From Zygnema circumcarinatum SAG 698-1b (taxonomy: Eukaryota; Plantae; Zygnematophyceae), in contig CM074820.1 of NCBI GenBank assembly GCA_037447605.1, forward strand, positions 310,001 to 374,000: a stretch of 64,000 nucleotides of DNA. Direction: 5' to 3'. Every line of letters starts with the position of its first letter. Positions within the stretch are counted from its first letter, which is position 1. Position numbers and translations under genes: made by a program. Of this stretch, positions 1-12,085 are shown piece after piece. The notes beneath the pieces were generated by a model. It worked only from the letters and a program-made list of their open reading frames with translations, was not told the DNA's origin and did no database searches.

Positions 1-408
1 TCCCTCTCCCTCTCCCTCTCCCTCTCCCTCTCCCTCTCCAACTCTCTCGCTCATGCTCACGGCCTCTCCCACTCCCTCTCCCCCTCCCTATTCCCCCCTT
101 TCTCCTCTCCCGCTTTCCCAACCCCTCTTTTCCCTCTCCCCCTTCCCCCCCTTCCTCTTCCTCCCCCCGTCTCTCCCTCCCTCTCTCTTCTTCTCTCTCT
201 CCTCTCTATCCACCTCTCCCTCTCTCCCTCCCCCTCCCCCCCTACCCCTCCCGCTCCCTCTCCCTCTCACTCTTCCTCCCTCCCACCCCTCTCTCGTGAT
301 ACAAACTTTGAAAAGGTAAATGAGTGGTACAAAACCAATACCCCGTTTGAAGGATGTTCCTTAATTTTCAATTTCCTTTGGGTTGTTTTTTTGTTTGTTT
401 TTCTGCAG

Positions 409-1473
409 CCCGCAGCTGCTCTGTTGGATATTCCGGTCGCACAAATTTTTGCAAATCGTCTTCTTTTTGACGAGTTTGGCGCTTACATCGGCTTCGACCG
501 AGACGAGCCGACTTCGCGGAGTGGGGGGAAAGCAATCGCTGTGGAAAAGCTGAAAAAAGTGAGTGGGATCGAAAATTTAAAAAAGAAGTTGTTTGGGGTT
601 TATCAGTTTGTGGTTTGTAAGTTTGTGGTTTGTTAAGTTTTTGTTGAGTTCAGTGCTGGTTTGTGCTCCAAGAAGTAGACACTTGTTTGTACCAATGTTG
701 GGCATGGCCTGCATGGCTCGTTTTTCTAATAAATTCTCTCTCCCTCTCCCTCTCCCTCTCCCTCTCCTCTCCCTCTCCCTCTCCCTCTCCCTCTCCCTCT
801 CCCTCTCCCTCTCCCACACACCCTTTCCCTCACACCCTCTCCCTCACACGCTCTCCCTCTCCCTCTCCCCTCTCCGTTCATAAGTTCCTCCCTCTCCCTC
901 TCCTCTCCCTCCTCCTCTCCCACACCCTCTCTCCCTCCCACCTCTCCCTCACGCTCTCCCTCTCCTCTCCCTCTCCCTCTCCCCTCCGTTCCCGTTCCCG
1001 CCTCCCTCTCCCTCTCCCTCTCCTCACCTCCCTCTCTCCCTCTCCCTCTCCCACTCCCTCTCCCTCTTCCTCTCCCTCTCCCTCTCCCTCTTCCTCTCTC
1101 TCTCGTACATGCATGCGCATGCAGGAGCATGGCTATAAATATTTGGTGATGATCGGTGATGGGGCGACGGATTTGGAGGTGAACAATTTCAATCCCTTCT
1201 TCCTTATATATGTCACATGTTTGGTTTTCACGTGTTGTGAGTTTTTGAAAATTGAGAATATCATTGTAAAACCTTAAAGACCTAAAACCGCTAAAAAAAC
1301 ATATGTATATATATATACCTCAATTTGGTCTATTTTTTTCTCAGGCTCGCCAGCCCGGGGCTGCTGACATGTTTATCGGCTACGGAGGAGTTCAAATTCG
1401 GCAAAAAGTCGCACTAGGAGCGGACTGGTTTGTGGTCGACCATTTCGACCTCATCGCGCCGTTGGAAAACTAA
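409..1473 (+). CDS. PSP: Phosphoserine phosphatase (HAD family), last three exons; 5' part lies outside the window
   Basis: GT-AG exons 409-558, 1125-1178 and 1345-1473 join in frame: PAAALLDIPVAQIFANRLLFDEFGAYIGFDRDEPTSRSGGKAIAVEKLKK|EHGYKYLVMIGDGATDLE|ARQPGAADMFIGYGGVQIRQKVALGADWF...LEN*. GDGATDLE is HAD motif IV of plant PSPs. Confidence 0.93.
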
Positions 1474-2161
1474 CTCTATATTTTGGGGCAACAGAAAAAA
1501 AAAACTTGCTTCAATAATTCTTTGGAATAAGCCGTTGTTGGTCTATTAACTCTTAAGAATGGGTAACAATCTCACTACCAACCGACCACTTCCGATCCCA
1601 TCTATGTTTCTTTGGGAAAAATATTGCAGTTTATGCATGTAAGGACTTAAAAAGTCCGTAAAACAACTGTACATGGAATAAGTTTGACCCATTCCTCCCT
1701 CACTACCCCAAGCAGCTACACGTGAGGGTCCATCAATCTCTATCTCCCTTTCCCATCTCCTTACCTCCCTCCACTCCCTCCTACCCCTTCTTTCTCCCCT
1801 CCCTCCACTCCCTCCTACCCCTTCTCCCTCCACTCCCTCCACTCCTCTTCTTCCATTCCTCTATCCCTCCCTTCTTCTTCTTTCATTTTCTTTTAATCCT
1901 CCTCCTCCTTCCTTCACTCTCTTCCTCACCCTTCTCCCTCTCCCTCCCTCCACTCCCTCCTACCCCTTCTCCCTCCTCTCCCTCCACTCCCTCCTACCCC
2001 TTTCTCCCTCCCATCCCTCCTACCCCTTCTCCCTCCTCTCCCTCCACTCCCTCCACTCCCTCCGCTCCCTCCTATCCCTTCTCCCTCCCCTCCCTTTCCT
2101 CCCTCCCCCGCTTCTCCTCCCCGCCCTCCCCCTCTCTCTCGCTCTCTCTCAATGTCTCCCG

Positions 2162-3749
2162 TCAATGGACCAAGCGGTGGCCTAATGAGGGGTAGGGCGA
2201 GCTCTGCTCATATTGAAGGGGGTCGACCTCAAAGCCGTAGTCCATCAGCGGCCGCCTCTCCAGCTCCATGTCGTGCTCTAAAACGAACGACGGAATTTCC
2301 AACTGAGACTCGCGCATGTAGTCCCAAAGAAACTCCACCCTGCTCACAAACACAATCTTCTCATACGTCCTGCAGACCCCAAAAAAACGAACCCCAAGAA
2401 TAGCTCTCAATTAAGCTAAACAACCTCTTGTTTCTTCAAACAAAACAAAACAAAAAAAAACTGAGAAAATTTGCATTGAAAAAGTCTTGGTTTGTTGGTT
2501 TTAGGGTTGCTCACCCGCCGCTGAGCCAAGAAGAAGTGGCCCACAGCAAGAAGCGCATCCTGAGAGCAGGATGGAGCACATAGATCGCACGGAGTCGCTG
2601 TTTGCATGTGAAGGGGAGCAGCTCGTGCAGAGAGCGCAGCCATAGAAAGCCGGGGGAGTTCTCTGTTCCTTCGGCCCCCGTGTGAATGTACACAACAGAG
2701 AACTCCTCCTCCGCTGCGATCACTTCGTGCATCTTTCTGTACACGTAACGGCGCAGCCGCTCCTTGTCTACCACTTGGGCTGGTGGGGGGGGGAGAGAGC
2801 GAGAGAGAGAGAGAGAGAGGAGAGAGGAGAGAGGAGAGAGGAGAGAGGAGAGTGGAGAGAGGTGAGAGGGAGAGTGAGAGGGAGAGAGGGAGAGGGAGAA
2901 AGAGAGAGTGTGAGAGAGGGAGGGGGGGAGAGGGAGAGAGAGACGGGAAGAAGTTGAGATGGTGGGAGAGGAGAGAGGGAGAGGGCGAGGAGAGAGGGAA
3001 AATAAGGGAGAAGTAAACGGAGAACGACCAAGTGAAGAGAGCAGCGGGAGAAAGATACAGAGGCGAGCTTTGAGAGCGCAGACATTCATAGAGCTTGAAA
3101 CAATATTGAGCTTAAAAATGAAAGATGCTGTCAGACAACTTTGAATCCAGTCATATATTTACATGCGTGTAATTCAAGACCCAATTACCTGGGAGGTATT
3201 TGGCCACAATTCGAATAATCAAGCATCCCTGCAAATCCGTCCCCTCCTCCTCCCAGAACTGGCAACATATAGAATAATAAGTAGAAAAAAACAGAAAATG
3301 TGAGCGAAATTCCCCCAAAAAAGATTCCAGAAATCATGAATAATCTCTGATATATAAAAAAAAAAATTAGACAAGAAAATAAGCACCTTCAGTTCGTCAA
3401 GATCTGACATGTCCTCTTCCGGCCAACTCGCCACCGTTTCCATGTAAAGCTGCTGCTCAGTTCTCCGTTCTTCGTCCAAAACTATGTTCACCTCGTCCGC
3501 ATAGAACGCCGCCGACTCTGCCAACCCACCTCCCAACTCACTTAATTTATTAACAACGTGAAAGAATAAATTAAAAAAAATGATTTAATAGCACAGAACA
3601 CATACATTAGAGATATTTCTGGAGGTTTTCTCTGAAGCATTCTTAGAACCAGCTCTGGGGCAGATGTCGGATTATTTTTCTTAACTCAGAATTCAGTTTC
3701 AGGTTATGGGGCTCACCCGGTTGCTGCCGCGCCTTCTTCTCTCCGCCAT
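2162..3749 (-). CDS. CRAL-TRIO_2/BCH (Sec14-like, GDAP2 C-terminal-like) domain protein, similar to Arabidopsis At3g10210/At4g35750
   Basis: Exons 3536-3387, 3258-3189, 2779-2515 and 2369-2162 splice in phase: EDMSDLDELK|FWEEEGTDLQGCLIIRIVAKYLP|AQVVDKERLRRYV...VYIHTG...YVLHPALRMR...LSGG|TYEKIVFVSRVEFLWDY...EIPSFVLEHDMELERRPLMDYGFEVDP. The first exon (3749-3717, MAERRRRGSNR) is tentative. Confidence 0.88.
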
Positions 3750-5572
3750 GGCCTCTCTCCTCCTCTCCCGTCCCTGCAATGAGAGGAGAGAGAGCTTCCG
3801 CAGAAGCAGCCATGGCTGCCTCTCTCACAGCAGCACCCACAGATAAAGAAAACTTGAGAGGAAAGTTAAGCAATACGAAAGATTATAAATACCTTACACT
3901 TGGGATTTAAGGATTGATGTGATGGTGGGGCTGAGGTGGATGAGAGAGAGAGAGAGAGAGAGGGAGAGAGTGAGAGAGAGAGAGAGAGAGCCTTCACATC
4001 ACATGGGGCCCATCAGAGAGTCCGAGACAAGGACATGAGGCGGAAAGAGAGCCACGATGGAGTCGATCCGTGCGCAGTTGAGCGTTGAAACTAACGCACC
4101 ACCGTTTGAACGAACTGGTTTCCTTGCAGATTTTAATGGTGACCTGTTGGCGAATGGCTGTAGACCCGTGCCATGTGCGACAAACAGCTGACTCCATCCG
4201 TTCTATGTTGAATAGCGTTTATGAACGGTTTTCCGAACGGCTGCATGTGGCGTCAAATCCATTTGCTCCACGTGGGAAGCGAACGTAGGCGAGAGGCGAG
4301 AGCACACCAAGAGCACATTCATAGACCGTACTGCCTAGAACGTAGGCCCTATGCAGTAGGGTCTAGGGGCGAAAAACCTGAGAAGCCGGTTTTTTGTCGT
4401 TTGTACAAACCTTATCGTACGGACACAACCAGGTTTGCACCATCATACCGGGCTCATTTTTTTGGAAAACTGAAAAACGAAGATTGTAGATTAGGGCATA
4501 TGTGGCAACGCAGGATTGGTCCTATCTTAACTGGAGTTTGTTCGTCGGCAGGGAATAGGCGGTAAGTGCCTTACGGCCACGACAACATGACGTATGAGTG
4601 ACGTCAGCAAACACAAACAGCAGGGCTACCTTGGACACTCAAAGAACATTTCGTTTTAGGGTTTGTAGGGCTAAAAAAAAAAAAAAATCAAAGGGATAGT
4701 TTGTGCCAAAAACCAGCAAAATCAGTTCAACTGCAATTTATATTCAATAATAGAATGAACAAGAGTGCTGAGAAATTTACGATCATCACTTAAACTGGCC
4801 TTAAGCATTCCTATTTTAAAAATAATAAGCATAATAATTATACGATTTTCAAGTAACAATTGATTTGAAGAACAAACATGATTGCCTGGAAGAAAAAAAA
4901 ATCGCCTATGGACCCAAATCTCTAGATTGAACCTCTGACCTTCAACTGCAGAACTGCCACTACCAACAGAAACTGAACTGGCTATGGAGCATCCTTGTGA
5001 AAGTCTACTGTACAAACGTCCCCTCCCCCTCTCTCTCGCTCCCTCACTCTTCTCTCTCTCTCACACACATACACACCCCCCTCTCTCTCATTCGCTCTCT
5101 CTCTCTCTATCTATCTCACTCTCCATCTCTCTCGCCGTTCCTACCAGCACACTTTCTCTACTCCTTTCCTCTTCTTTCGCCTCCCTCTCCTCTGCTTTTC
5201 TATACACGTAAAGCTCTTTCTCTGTCTCCCTGATCTCTCTCCCTCCCTTCTTTTTCTCCCGTCCCCCGCTCTCTCATTCTCCATCCACCTTTCCGCTCTC
5301 TCCCTTCTCCCCCCCGACTCTCCATCTCCCCTTGCTCTTACTCTTCCTCTCCCTCCCTTCCTCTCTCTCGCCCTGCCTCTCTCTCTCCCATCTTTCGACC
5401 CGTTTTCCTCTCTACCCCTTCCTCTCCTCCTCTATACCTTCCGTCTCTCCCCTCTATCCCCCTCACCTTTCTCTCCCCTTCACCTCCCTCCCTCCCCCTT
5501 CCCCCCTCCCTCTCCCTTCCCCCCTCCCTCTCCCTCCTTCCCTCCCTCTCTCCCTCCCTCCCCTCTAACCTG

Positions 5573-8500
5573 CTACACCTTGTCTATGAGCATTTTGGCT
5601 TTCATGCGGATGAGTCTGATCTCCTCCTCCAGCTCCGCCTGCCGCCTCGTCCGTACAGGGGCTGACCCCATAGAGCTTTCCTCCAAAGCTTTGCTCGTTG
5701 GGGCTACTTTTGGAATTTGTGTCCATTGAGTTTCGGAAAGACTCTTCAAATTCCGCGACCCGCTCTGTGAATGTTTGGGTCTCACGATCACAACGGCACA
5801 TTTTGCTCGTCTTTGACAATAGTCTCCGACGCCGACCTCCTTTGATCTGCACAAACGACGATCATAGGTTGAATCTCATAGATTTTGCATAGGCTTTACA
5901 TTGACTCACAAGAACCATTCATACATTGACTCACAAGAACCATTCATACATTGACTCACAAGAACCATTCATACATTGACTCACAAGAACCATTCATACA
6001 TTGACTCACAAGAACCATTCATACAGAGTTGAACATGATTCATTTCTTATCAACTAAAATTCCAAATTAACACCCCAACAAGAGGAAAAAATGAGTGGTT
6101 TCAAGACGAACCTTTCCTCAGTAGTAAAATTTCTGCGGTCCCCCCCTCCGAGTATGAGCACCTCCACATTGCGACCCTCTGCTTGTTCAACAATCACTCT
6201 CTCAATTTCGCCTGTCTTCACAATGAGCTCCGTGCGGACCTGCGAGAGAGCTCACTACATGAGACAGGTTGCTCACTCGTATTGTAAAATAAAAAAGTCG
6301 GAGGGAGAGGGAGAGGGAGAGGGAGAGGGAGAGGGAGAGGGAGAGGGGAGAGGAGAGGGAGAGGGAGAGGGAGAGGGAGAGGGAGAGGGGAGAGGAGAGG
6401 GAGAGGGAGAGGGAGAGGGAGAGGGGAGAGGAGAGGGAGAGGGAGAGGGAGAGAGGGAGAGGAGAGGGAGAGGGAGAGGGCGAGGGAGAGAGGGAGAGGA
6501 GAGGGAGAGGGGAGAGGGGAGAGGAAGGAAGGGGAAGCGGGGGGGAGAGGGAGAGGGAAAGAGAGAGGAAGAGAGAGTGATAATCTATTGCATAGGACGC
6601 ATATGTAATATGTGTTCTTCTAGGTTACTTCAAGTTTGTTTCGTTTGTTATTTATCTCACCATATACTTGGCATACGCGCCCGTGGTGAGGCGCCGCATA
6701 AGTTTGAAAGCTTTCTCGCGCTTTGCTTCCGCGTCCTCGTCTTCCATTGGATCGACGTTTGGCATAAAGCAGGCTGCAGGGGTGGGGCACGGAGAGGGAG
6801 AGGGAGAGGGAAGAGAGGAGAGGGAAGAGGGGAGAGGGGAGAGGGGAGAGGAGAGGGGAGAGGGGAGAGGGGAGAGGGAGTGGGGGGAGTGGGGGAGAGG
6901 GAGAGGGAGAGGGGAGAGGGAGAGGGAGAGGGAGAGGGAGAGGGAGAGGGGAGGGGGAGGGGAGAGGGAGGGGAGGGGAGAGGGAGAGGGAGAGGGGAGA
7001 GGGAGAGGGAGTGGGGAGGGGAGAGGGAGAGGGAGAGGGAGAGGGGAGAGGGGAGAGGGGAGAGGAGAGGAGAGGGGAGAGGGAGAGGGAGGAGGGAGAG
7101 GGGGAGGAGGGAGGAGTGGAGAGGGGAGAGGGAGAGGGAGAGGGAGGGGAGGGGAGAGGGAGAGGGAGAGGGAGAGGGAGAGGGAGTGAGGAGAGGGAGG
7201 GGAGTGGGGAGAGGGAGAGGGAGAGGGGAGAGGGAGAGGGGAGAGGGGAGAGGGAGAGGGAGAGGGAGAGGGGAGAGGAGAGGGAGAGTGGAGAGGGCAG
7301 AGGGGAAAGGGGAAAGGGGAGAGGGGAGAGGGGAGAGGGGAAAGGGGAAAGGGGAAAGGGGAGGAGGGAGATGGGAGAGGGGAGATGGGAGAGGGAAGTG
7401 GGGAGAGGGCAGAGGGGAAAGGAGAGAGTGGGAGAGTGAAAGAGAGGGAGAGAGGGAGAGCAGAAAGCACGATGGGGTAGAGAGGATGTAGGGGGGATGG
7501 AGAAGGGGAGAGGGGTAGAGTTGGAGAGAGGGAAGGGAAAGGATAGGGTGAGGGAGGCGAGAGTGAAGGGAATGGAGAGGGGAGTGAAATGAGTGAGAGA
7601 AAGAAAGGGAAATGGATAGAGAGAGAGAGGACGGCGAGAGAGAGAGCGAGAGAGACAGAGAAGGAAAGTCAAGGGGGAGGAAAAAATAAGTGAGTTGCAG
7701 AGGGTGCAATGTGTGAAAAGGGGAGGGAGAGGGAGAGAAAAGAATGCCATAGAGAGAGGCATGTTACATAGTGGACTCATAATGGAACTTCAAAGCGGCA
7801 GAAGAACGTACAGCTTCCAAACTTCTTCTGGACTTTGATCACATGCAAGCAGCAGAGAGTGTCTCCCGGCCGGCAAAGATGCTGCAGGTCACACATAGAA
7901 ACCCTAGAATTAGAGAAACCGAAAAAGTGCGGAAATACGCGACCTAATATCTTCCAAATTGTCACAAATATAAATAACCATGTCAGAAATAAGTTCAAAA
8001 ACCAAAAATTGTCCTGAAACTGACTTAGTATTGGTCACTTCCTCTAATCAAAACGCAAAAAACAAAAAATACCCAAAGAAACGTCACGAGATTCCACACA
8101 AAACCCATATTTTTTTTCAATGTTATCCCCATTTTTTTGAGATAAAAAAATCACAAAAAATGCTTGGACTCCCCCTCCTCTCCCTCCTTCCCCCATCCCC
8201 TAGATCCTTTACGACCCCAAAAACCCTAAAACCCTTAACCTCGCTCCACCCCCCTCACCCCCAACCCAAGGTTCACAACAATCTCTAAAAGACCCACATT
8301 TTCATTTTTTTAAATTACCCACACAATCTATAAAAAAATTACATCCCCCTCCCCCCCCCCCCCACCTCCAGCGCCCATTGAACGGCGGCCTTCCCCTCCT
8401 CCTCCCCCGCAACCGCCGCCATCAGATGGCGACCGCCCGGGCTCGCCGCCCCCTGTCCGTACAGCGCCGTACTCTCCTTGTCTGTATCTGGGCTCACCGT

Positions 8501-8635
8501 CGACCCGAGACACAGAAACCCGCTCGCCAAATTCCTCATTCTAGTAAACCCGAAATACCGGAAACGTTTTCCGTATGGTTTGAAGTGCTTTCGGATAAAG
8601 GCGAGCGCTGTGGGAGGCGACTGAGGGGTAGACAT
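5573..8635 (-). CDS. Universal stress protein A (UspA)-domain protein, paralog 1, with N-terminal extension and C-terminal coiled-coil-like tail
   Basis: Five phase-consistent GT-AG exons, 8635-8366, 7881-7812, 6773-6661, 6239-6112 and 5846-5573: [22 protein letters not shown]|[14 protein letters not shown]...|...KYM|[33 protein letters not shown]...|...[18 protein letters not shown]. Confidence 0.9.
5898..6025. repeat. 25-bp minisatellite, 5 perfect copies (ACATTGACTCACAAGAACCATTCAT), in intron 4 of USP paralog 1
   Basis: Direct tandem copies with exact 25-nt period and no spacers. Confidence 0.95.
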
Positions 8636-8921
8636 GGAGCCGCAGTTTTATAGGGAGGGAGAGGGAGAGAGGGGGAGGGGAGGGAGAGAGGGGGAGGGGA
8701 GGGAGAGAGGGGGAGGGAGAGGGGGAGAGAGGGGGGAGGGAGCGTGGTTTGGACTTTTGGGAAGCGACAAAAATGGACAGTAGGCTTTTGTCGTTTCTGC
8801 GACTGGGAAAATTCCTACCACTGGAAAAGACAAGGGCCGAGATTCGGTAGAGGACAACGGGGCAAATTGACGGCTGGCACGTGTGAGGCTTTAATTAGTT
8901 GACATTCCAGTCATACGAACT

Positions 8922-9141
8922 ATGTCGGTGGATGCCTTGAAAAGTCCCTCATATGGTACATTTTTGAAGTCAGAAATGTACGGTTTATGTCGGTGAGTCC
9001 AGTTTCCGTTTGGACGTTGGAAATTTTGGTACGGTCTATGTCGGTGTATCTATGGTAGTTCTGCGCTAGTGGGTGGCAAAAATTTACCGTTTGTCGTGTA
9101 GCGCACTCTCGGACAGAACCTGGTACACCTAGAATGTCGGT
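8922..9141. promoter_or_regulatory. Cluster of four ATGTCGGT (= ACCGACAT, DRE/CRT-like; also contains TGTCGG) motifs between the divergent USP genes
   Basis: ATGTCGGT at 8922, 8987, 9038 and 9134. Function is inferred only. Confidence 0.4.
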
Positions 9142-9772
9142 TAATCTTGTCTGTACCCTCAGATCCAACGGGTGTAGTTCTCCACGTGGACGTATTCACA
9201 CTTGAAAACCAGAAAACGACAATTATTTCTGGTGTTCATACTGCCGAAGAATTGTCGCTGACTCCGGTAATGATTACCTTTTGTCGCTTTTTTGCCTCCA
9301 GCACGGATTGGATGGCGTCCTCGTCGCGTGCCACGTCACTATTTCCGAAAAACCGCCGAATCTGATTTTAATTTGACAGCTTACATTTTTCAGATTTACA
9401 TAATTTCTAGTTTCCCACGTCGGCAAAAAAATATTTTAGTTTGACCTGTAGCCAATCAGCAATGCCCACGTCATCAGATAATGGAATATCGAATCACGTG
9501 ACGCCATGTGGCTGGTGACTTGTCGGTCGACCAATCAGGAGGCCGCAATTGGCGGCTTTTCCGAAGTCTTTGGAAGATACCGACAATTCCGCCGACAGCC
9601 ACTGGGCTGCTGATGTTAGCAATCCACTGTAAAACGGGCAGTTCAACTACCCGTTATTTCAGATTTCTAACCAAAACTGGAACGCTACGGAGAACTCCCC
9701 GTTCTATGTGCTTAGCACGCCGGCTGAGCCCTCCTGAACCCTCCGTCGGGTTTTCGGTCGGCCACAGGGGTC

Positions 9773-9792
9773 TAGGGTTTAGGGTTTTAGGG
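9773..9792 (+). promoter_or_regulatory. Telo-box-like TAGGGTTTAGGGTTTTAGGG just upstream of the USP paralog 2 ATG
   Basis: Short plant telomere-motif copies ~15 nt before ATG 9806, the typical position of telo-boxes. Confidence 0.5.
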
Positions 9793-9805
9793 TAGAAGCG
9801 CGGCC

Positions 9806-12085
9806 ATGGCCCACGGGCAGGGGCCGGCGCAGTGGGGGCTGGGGCCGGTGCCGGAGGAGACGGAGCTGCGGGTGGGGGAGGAACGGACGGGACGGAGCGT
9901 CGTGGTTGGAGTGGACGGAAGTGAGGTCAGCAAGGAGGCCTTGCAGTGGGCGCTGACGCACTTCTGCCGCCCGGGGGACACCGTGGCGCTCGTGCATGCC
10001 AGGGAGCACATTGCGGGTGAGGAGGGGGGGAAGGGGGGAGCGGGGAGGGGGGGGGAGAGTGGGGAGGGGAGGGGAGAGGGGNNNNNNNNNNGAGAGACGG
10101 GGGGTAGGGGAGGGGAGGGGGGGGAGTGGAGGAGGGAAGGAAGGGAGGGTTGGGCGAAGGGAGGGGAGGGGGGAGGGGAGGGAGCGACGGAAGGGGAGGG
10201 GAGAGGAGAGAGGAGGGAGGGACGGGTAGAGAGGAGGGGAGGGAGGAGGGGTAGAGGATTTGGTGCGGGAGGCTGGAGGTGGGAGGCAGGAGGAAGGGAG
10301 CAAGGAGGGAGTGGGGGGAGAGCTGGGAGGGGAAGGGTGGATGTTTCTTTGCTTGAAACTATTCTGTAAATGCCCAGGTAGCGGTTTTCAATGAAACATT
10401 AGCATCGGACAAGTGCTTTTTCTTTTTTTCTGAAACTCTTTTTGTGGGACAGGAGCGGGAGATACCGATGGATATCTGCTTTATGTGGAGCAGATGTTGG
10501 GCAAGATGTCTATGGAGGCCATTGAGCAATATATGGTAAGATGATATGGTAATTGGTATAGCTAAATGGAGTGTAAGAAGTGCAAAGCCGAGAAAGAACT
10601 CAAAGTACTCAAAAGTATAATCTAGAAATTGAATATAGATAGCAAACGCCGTCTATATGTTCTTTGCACAAATTTATTGGAAGCTGATTTTATGTCTGTC
10701 TATGTTTTTCCAAGGCCTCCCATGCATGTCATGACCATTATTTTGGGTTCTAAATGGCATCTTTTATTGCATGCATGTGCTTTCCCATCAGGTGAAATGT
10801 GAGCAAGTGGTGAAGTCGGGAGAGGCAACAGATATTCTCTTAAGGGAAGTAGTCAGCCGCGATGCAGTAGCTCTCATTGTTGGGTCTCACAACAAGGGGG
10901 CCATAAAAAGGTGCCCTCCCTCTCCCTCTCTCTCCCTCACTCCGCTCTCCCGCCCACCTATCCCCCCCTCCTTTCCTCTTATTTCCTGTACTTTCTTGCT
11001 ATGCACCTCTCTTTCCCGCTAAGTTTCGTCCTCTTCTCCACCCTTCTCACTCTCTCTCTTCCCACCCTTTTCACGCACTCCTTTGTCGGCCCTCCCCTGC
11101 GCCCCCCTCCCCCCTCCATCTCCCTCTTCCTTTCCCCCTTTCCCCCTCCCTCATCCTCTCCCTGTCCCTCTCCGCCCTCACCCTTCCCCCGCCCGCTTCC
11201 ACTCCCACTCCACTCCCACTCCACTCCCACTCCACTCCCACTCCCACTCCCACTCCCACTCCCACTGCCACTCCCACTCCCACTCCCCTCATTCTCCCTC
11301 CTCCCCCCTTCCTCTCCCTCCCCCTTCCTCTCCCTCCCCCTTCCTCTCCCCCCCCCTTCCTCTCCCTCCCCCTTCCTCTCCCTCTCCCCTCTCCCCCTTC
11401 CCCCTCTCTCATCCGCTCCCTCCCCCTTCCCCTTCCTCTCCCACCCCCTCTCCCGCCCGCTTCCACTCCCACTCCCACTTCCCTCCCTCACCCTCTTCTC
11501 CCTCCTCTCCCCTCCCTCTTCCCCTCCCTCACCCTCTTCCCCCTCCCCCCGCCGCTCCCATTCCCACTCCCACTCCCACTCCCACTCCCACTCCCACTCC
11601 CACTCCCACTCCCACTCACTCTCCCTCTCCCTCTCCCTCAGTTCCCTCTCCCTCAGTTCCCTCTCCCTCTCCCTCAGTTCCCTCTTCCTCTCCCTCTCCC
11701 TCTTCCTCTCCCTCTCTCTCTCCCTCAGTTCCCTCAGTTCCCTCTCCCTCTCCCTCTCCCTCTCCCTCTCCCTCAGCTCTGACTCCCTCCCTCCCCGGGC
11801 GGGGCTGCCTTCAGGGCGTTCATAGGCAGCGTCAGCGACTTCTGCTCTCGCCACGCAGGTCGCCCTCCTGCCCTCCTTTTTATTTAAGAAACAAGTGAAA
11901 TTTTTTATTCTCTTTTTATTTTGAGGGTTTAATTTCCGTCTCTCTCCAATTCTCTTCAAAACGTCTTTTTTTTTTTCTTATCAACAATTCATCGTTGGTC
12001 TTTCCTTTCGTTTTTTCTGAAGGGCTAAATGATGCGTTGATGTGATGCAGAGTGCCCCGTCATCATTGTACGGAAGAAAGGCTGA
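9806..12085 (+). CDS. Universal stress protein A (UspA)-domain protein, paralog 2
   Basis: Exons 9806-10016, 10453-10535, 10792-10910, 11815-11858 and 12051-12085 join in phase: RSVVVGVDGSEVSKEALQWALTHFCRPGDTVALVHA...QYM|VKCEQVVKSGEATDILLREV...LIVGSHNKGAIKR|AFIGSVSDFCSRHA|ECPVIIVRKKG*. This includes the canonical G-2X-G-9X-GS ATP-loop region. Confidence 0.95.

Noticed and set aside
3990-4700. Short ORFs and GC-balanced sequence between the BCH gene and USP1
   Set aside because: No recognisable protein motif, RNA gene structure, TIR or TSD was found; left unannotated.
5898-6025. Regular 25-bp repeats resembling a CRISPR array (also the 42-bp repeats at 38612)
   Set aside because: Repeats are contiguous with no unique spacers, there are no cas genes, and the context is a eukaryotic intron or exon.
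9773-9792. TTTAGGG copies suggesting an interstitial telomere
   Set aside because: Only ~3 imperfect units next to a start codon; this fits an ordinary telo-box.
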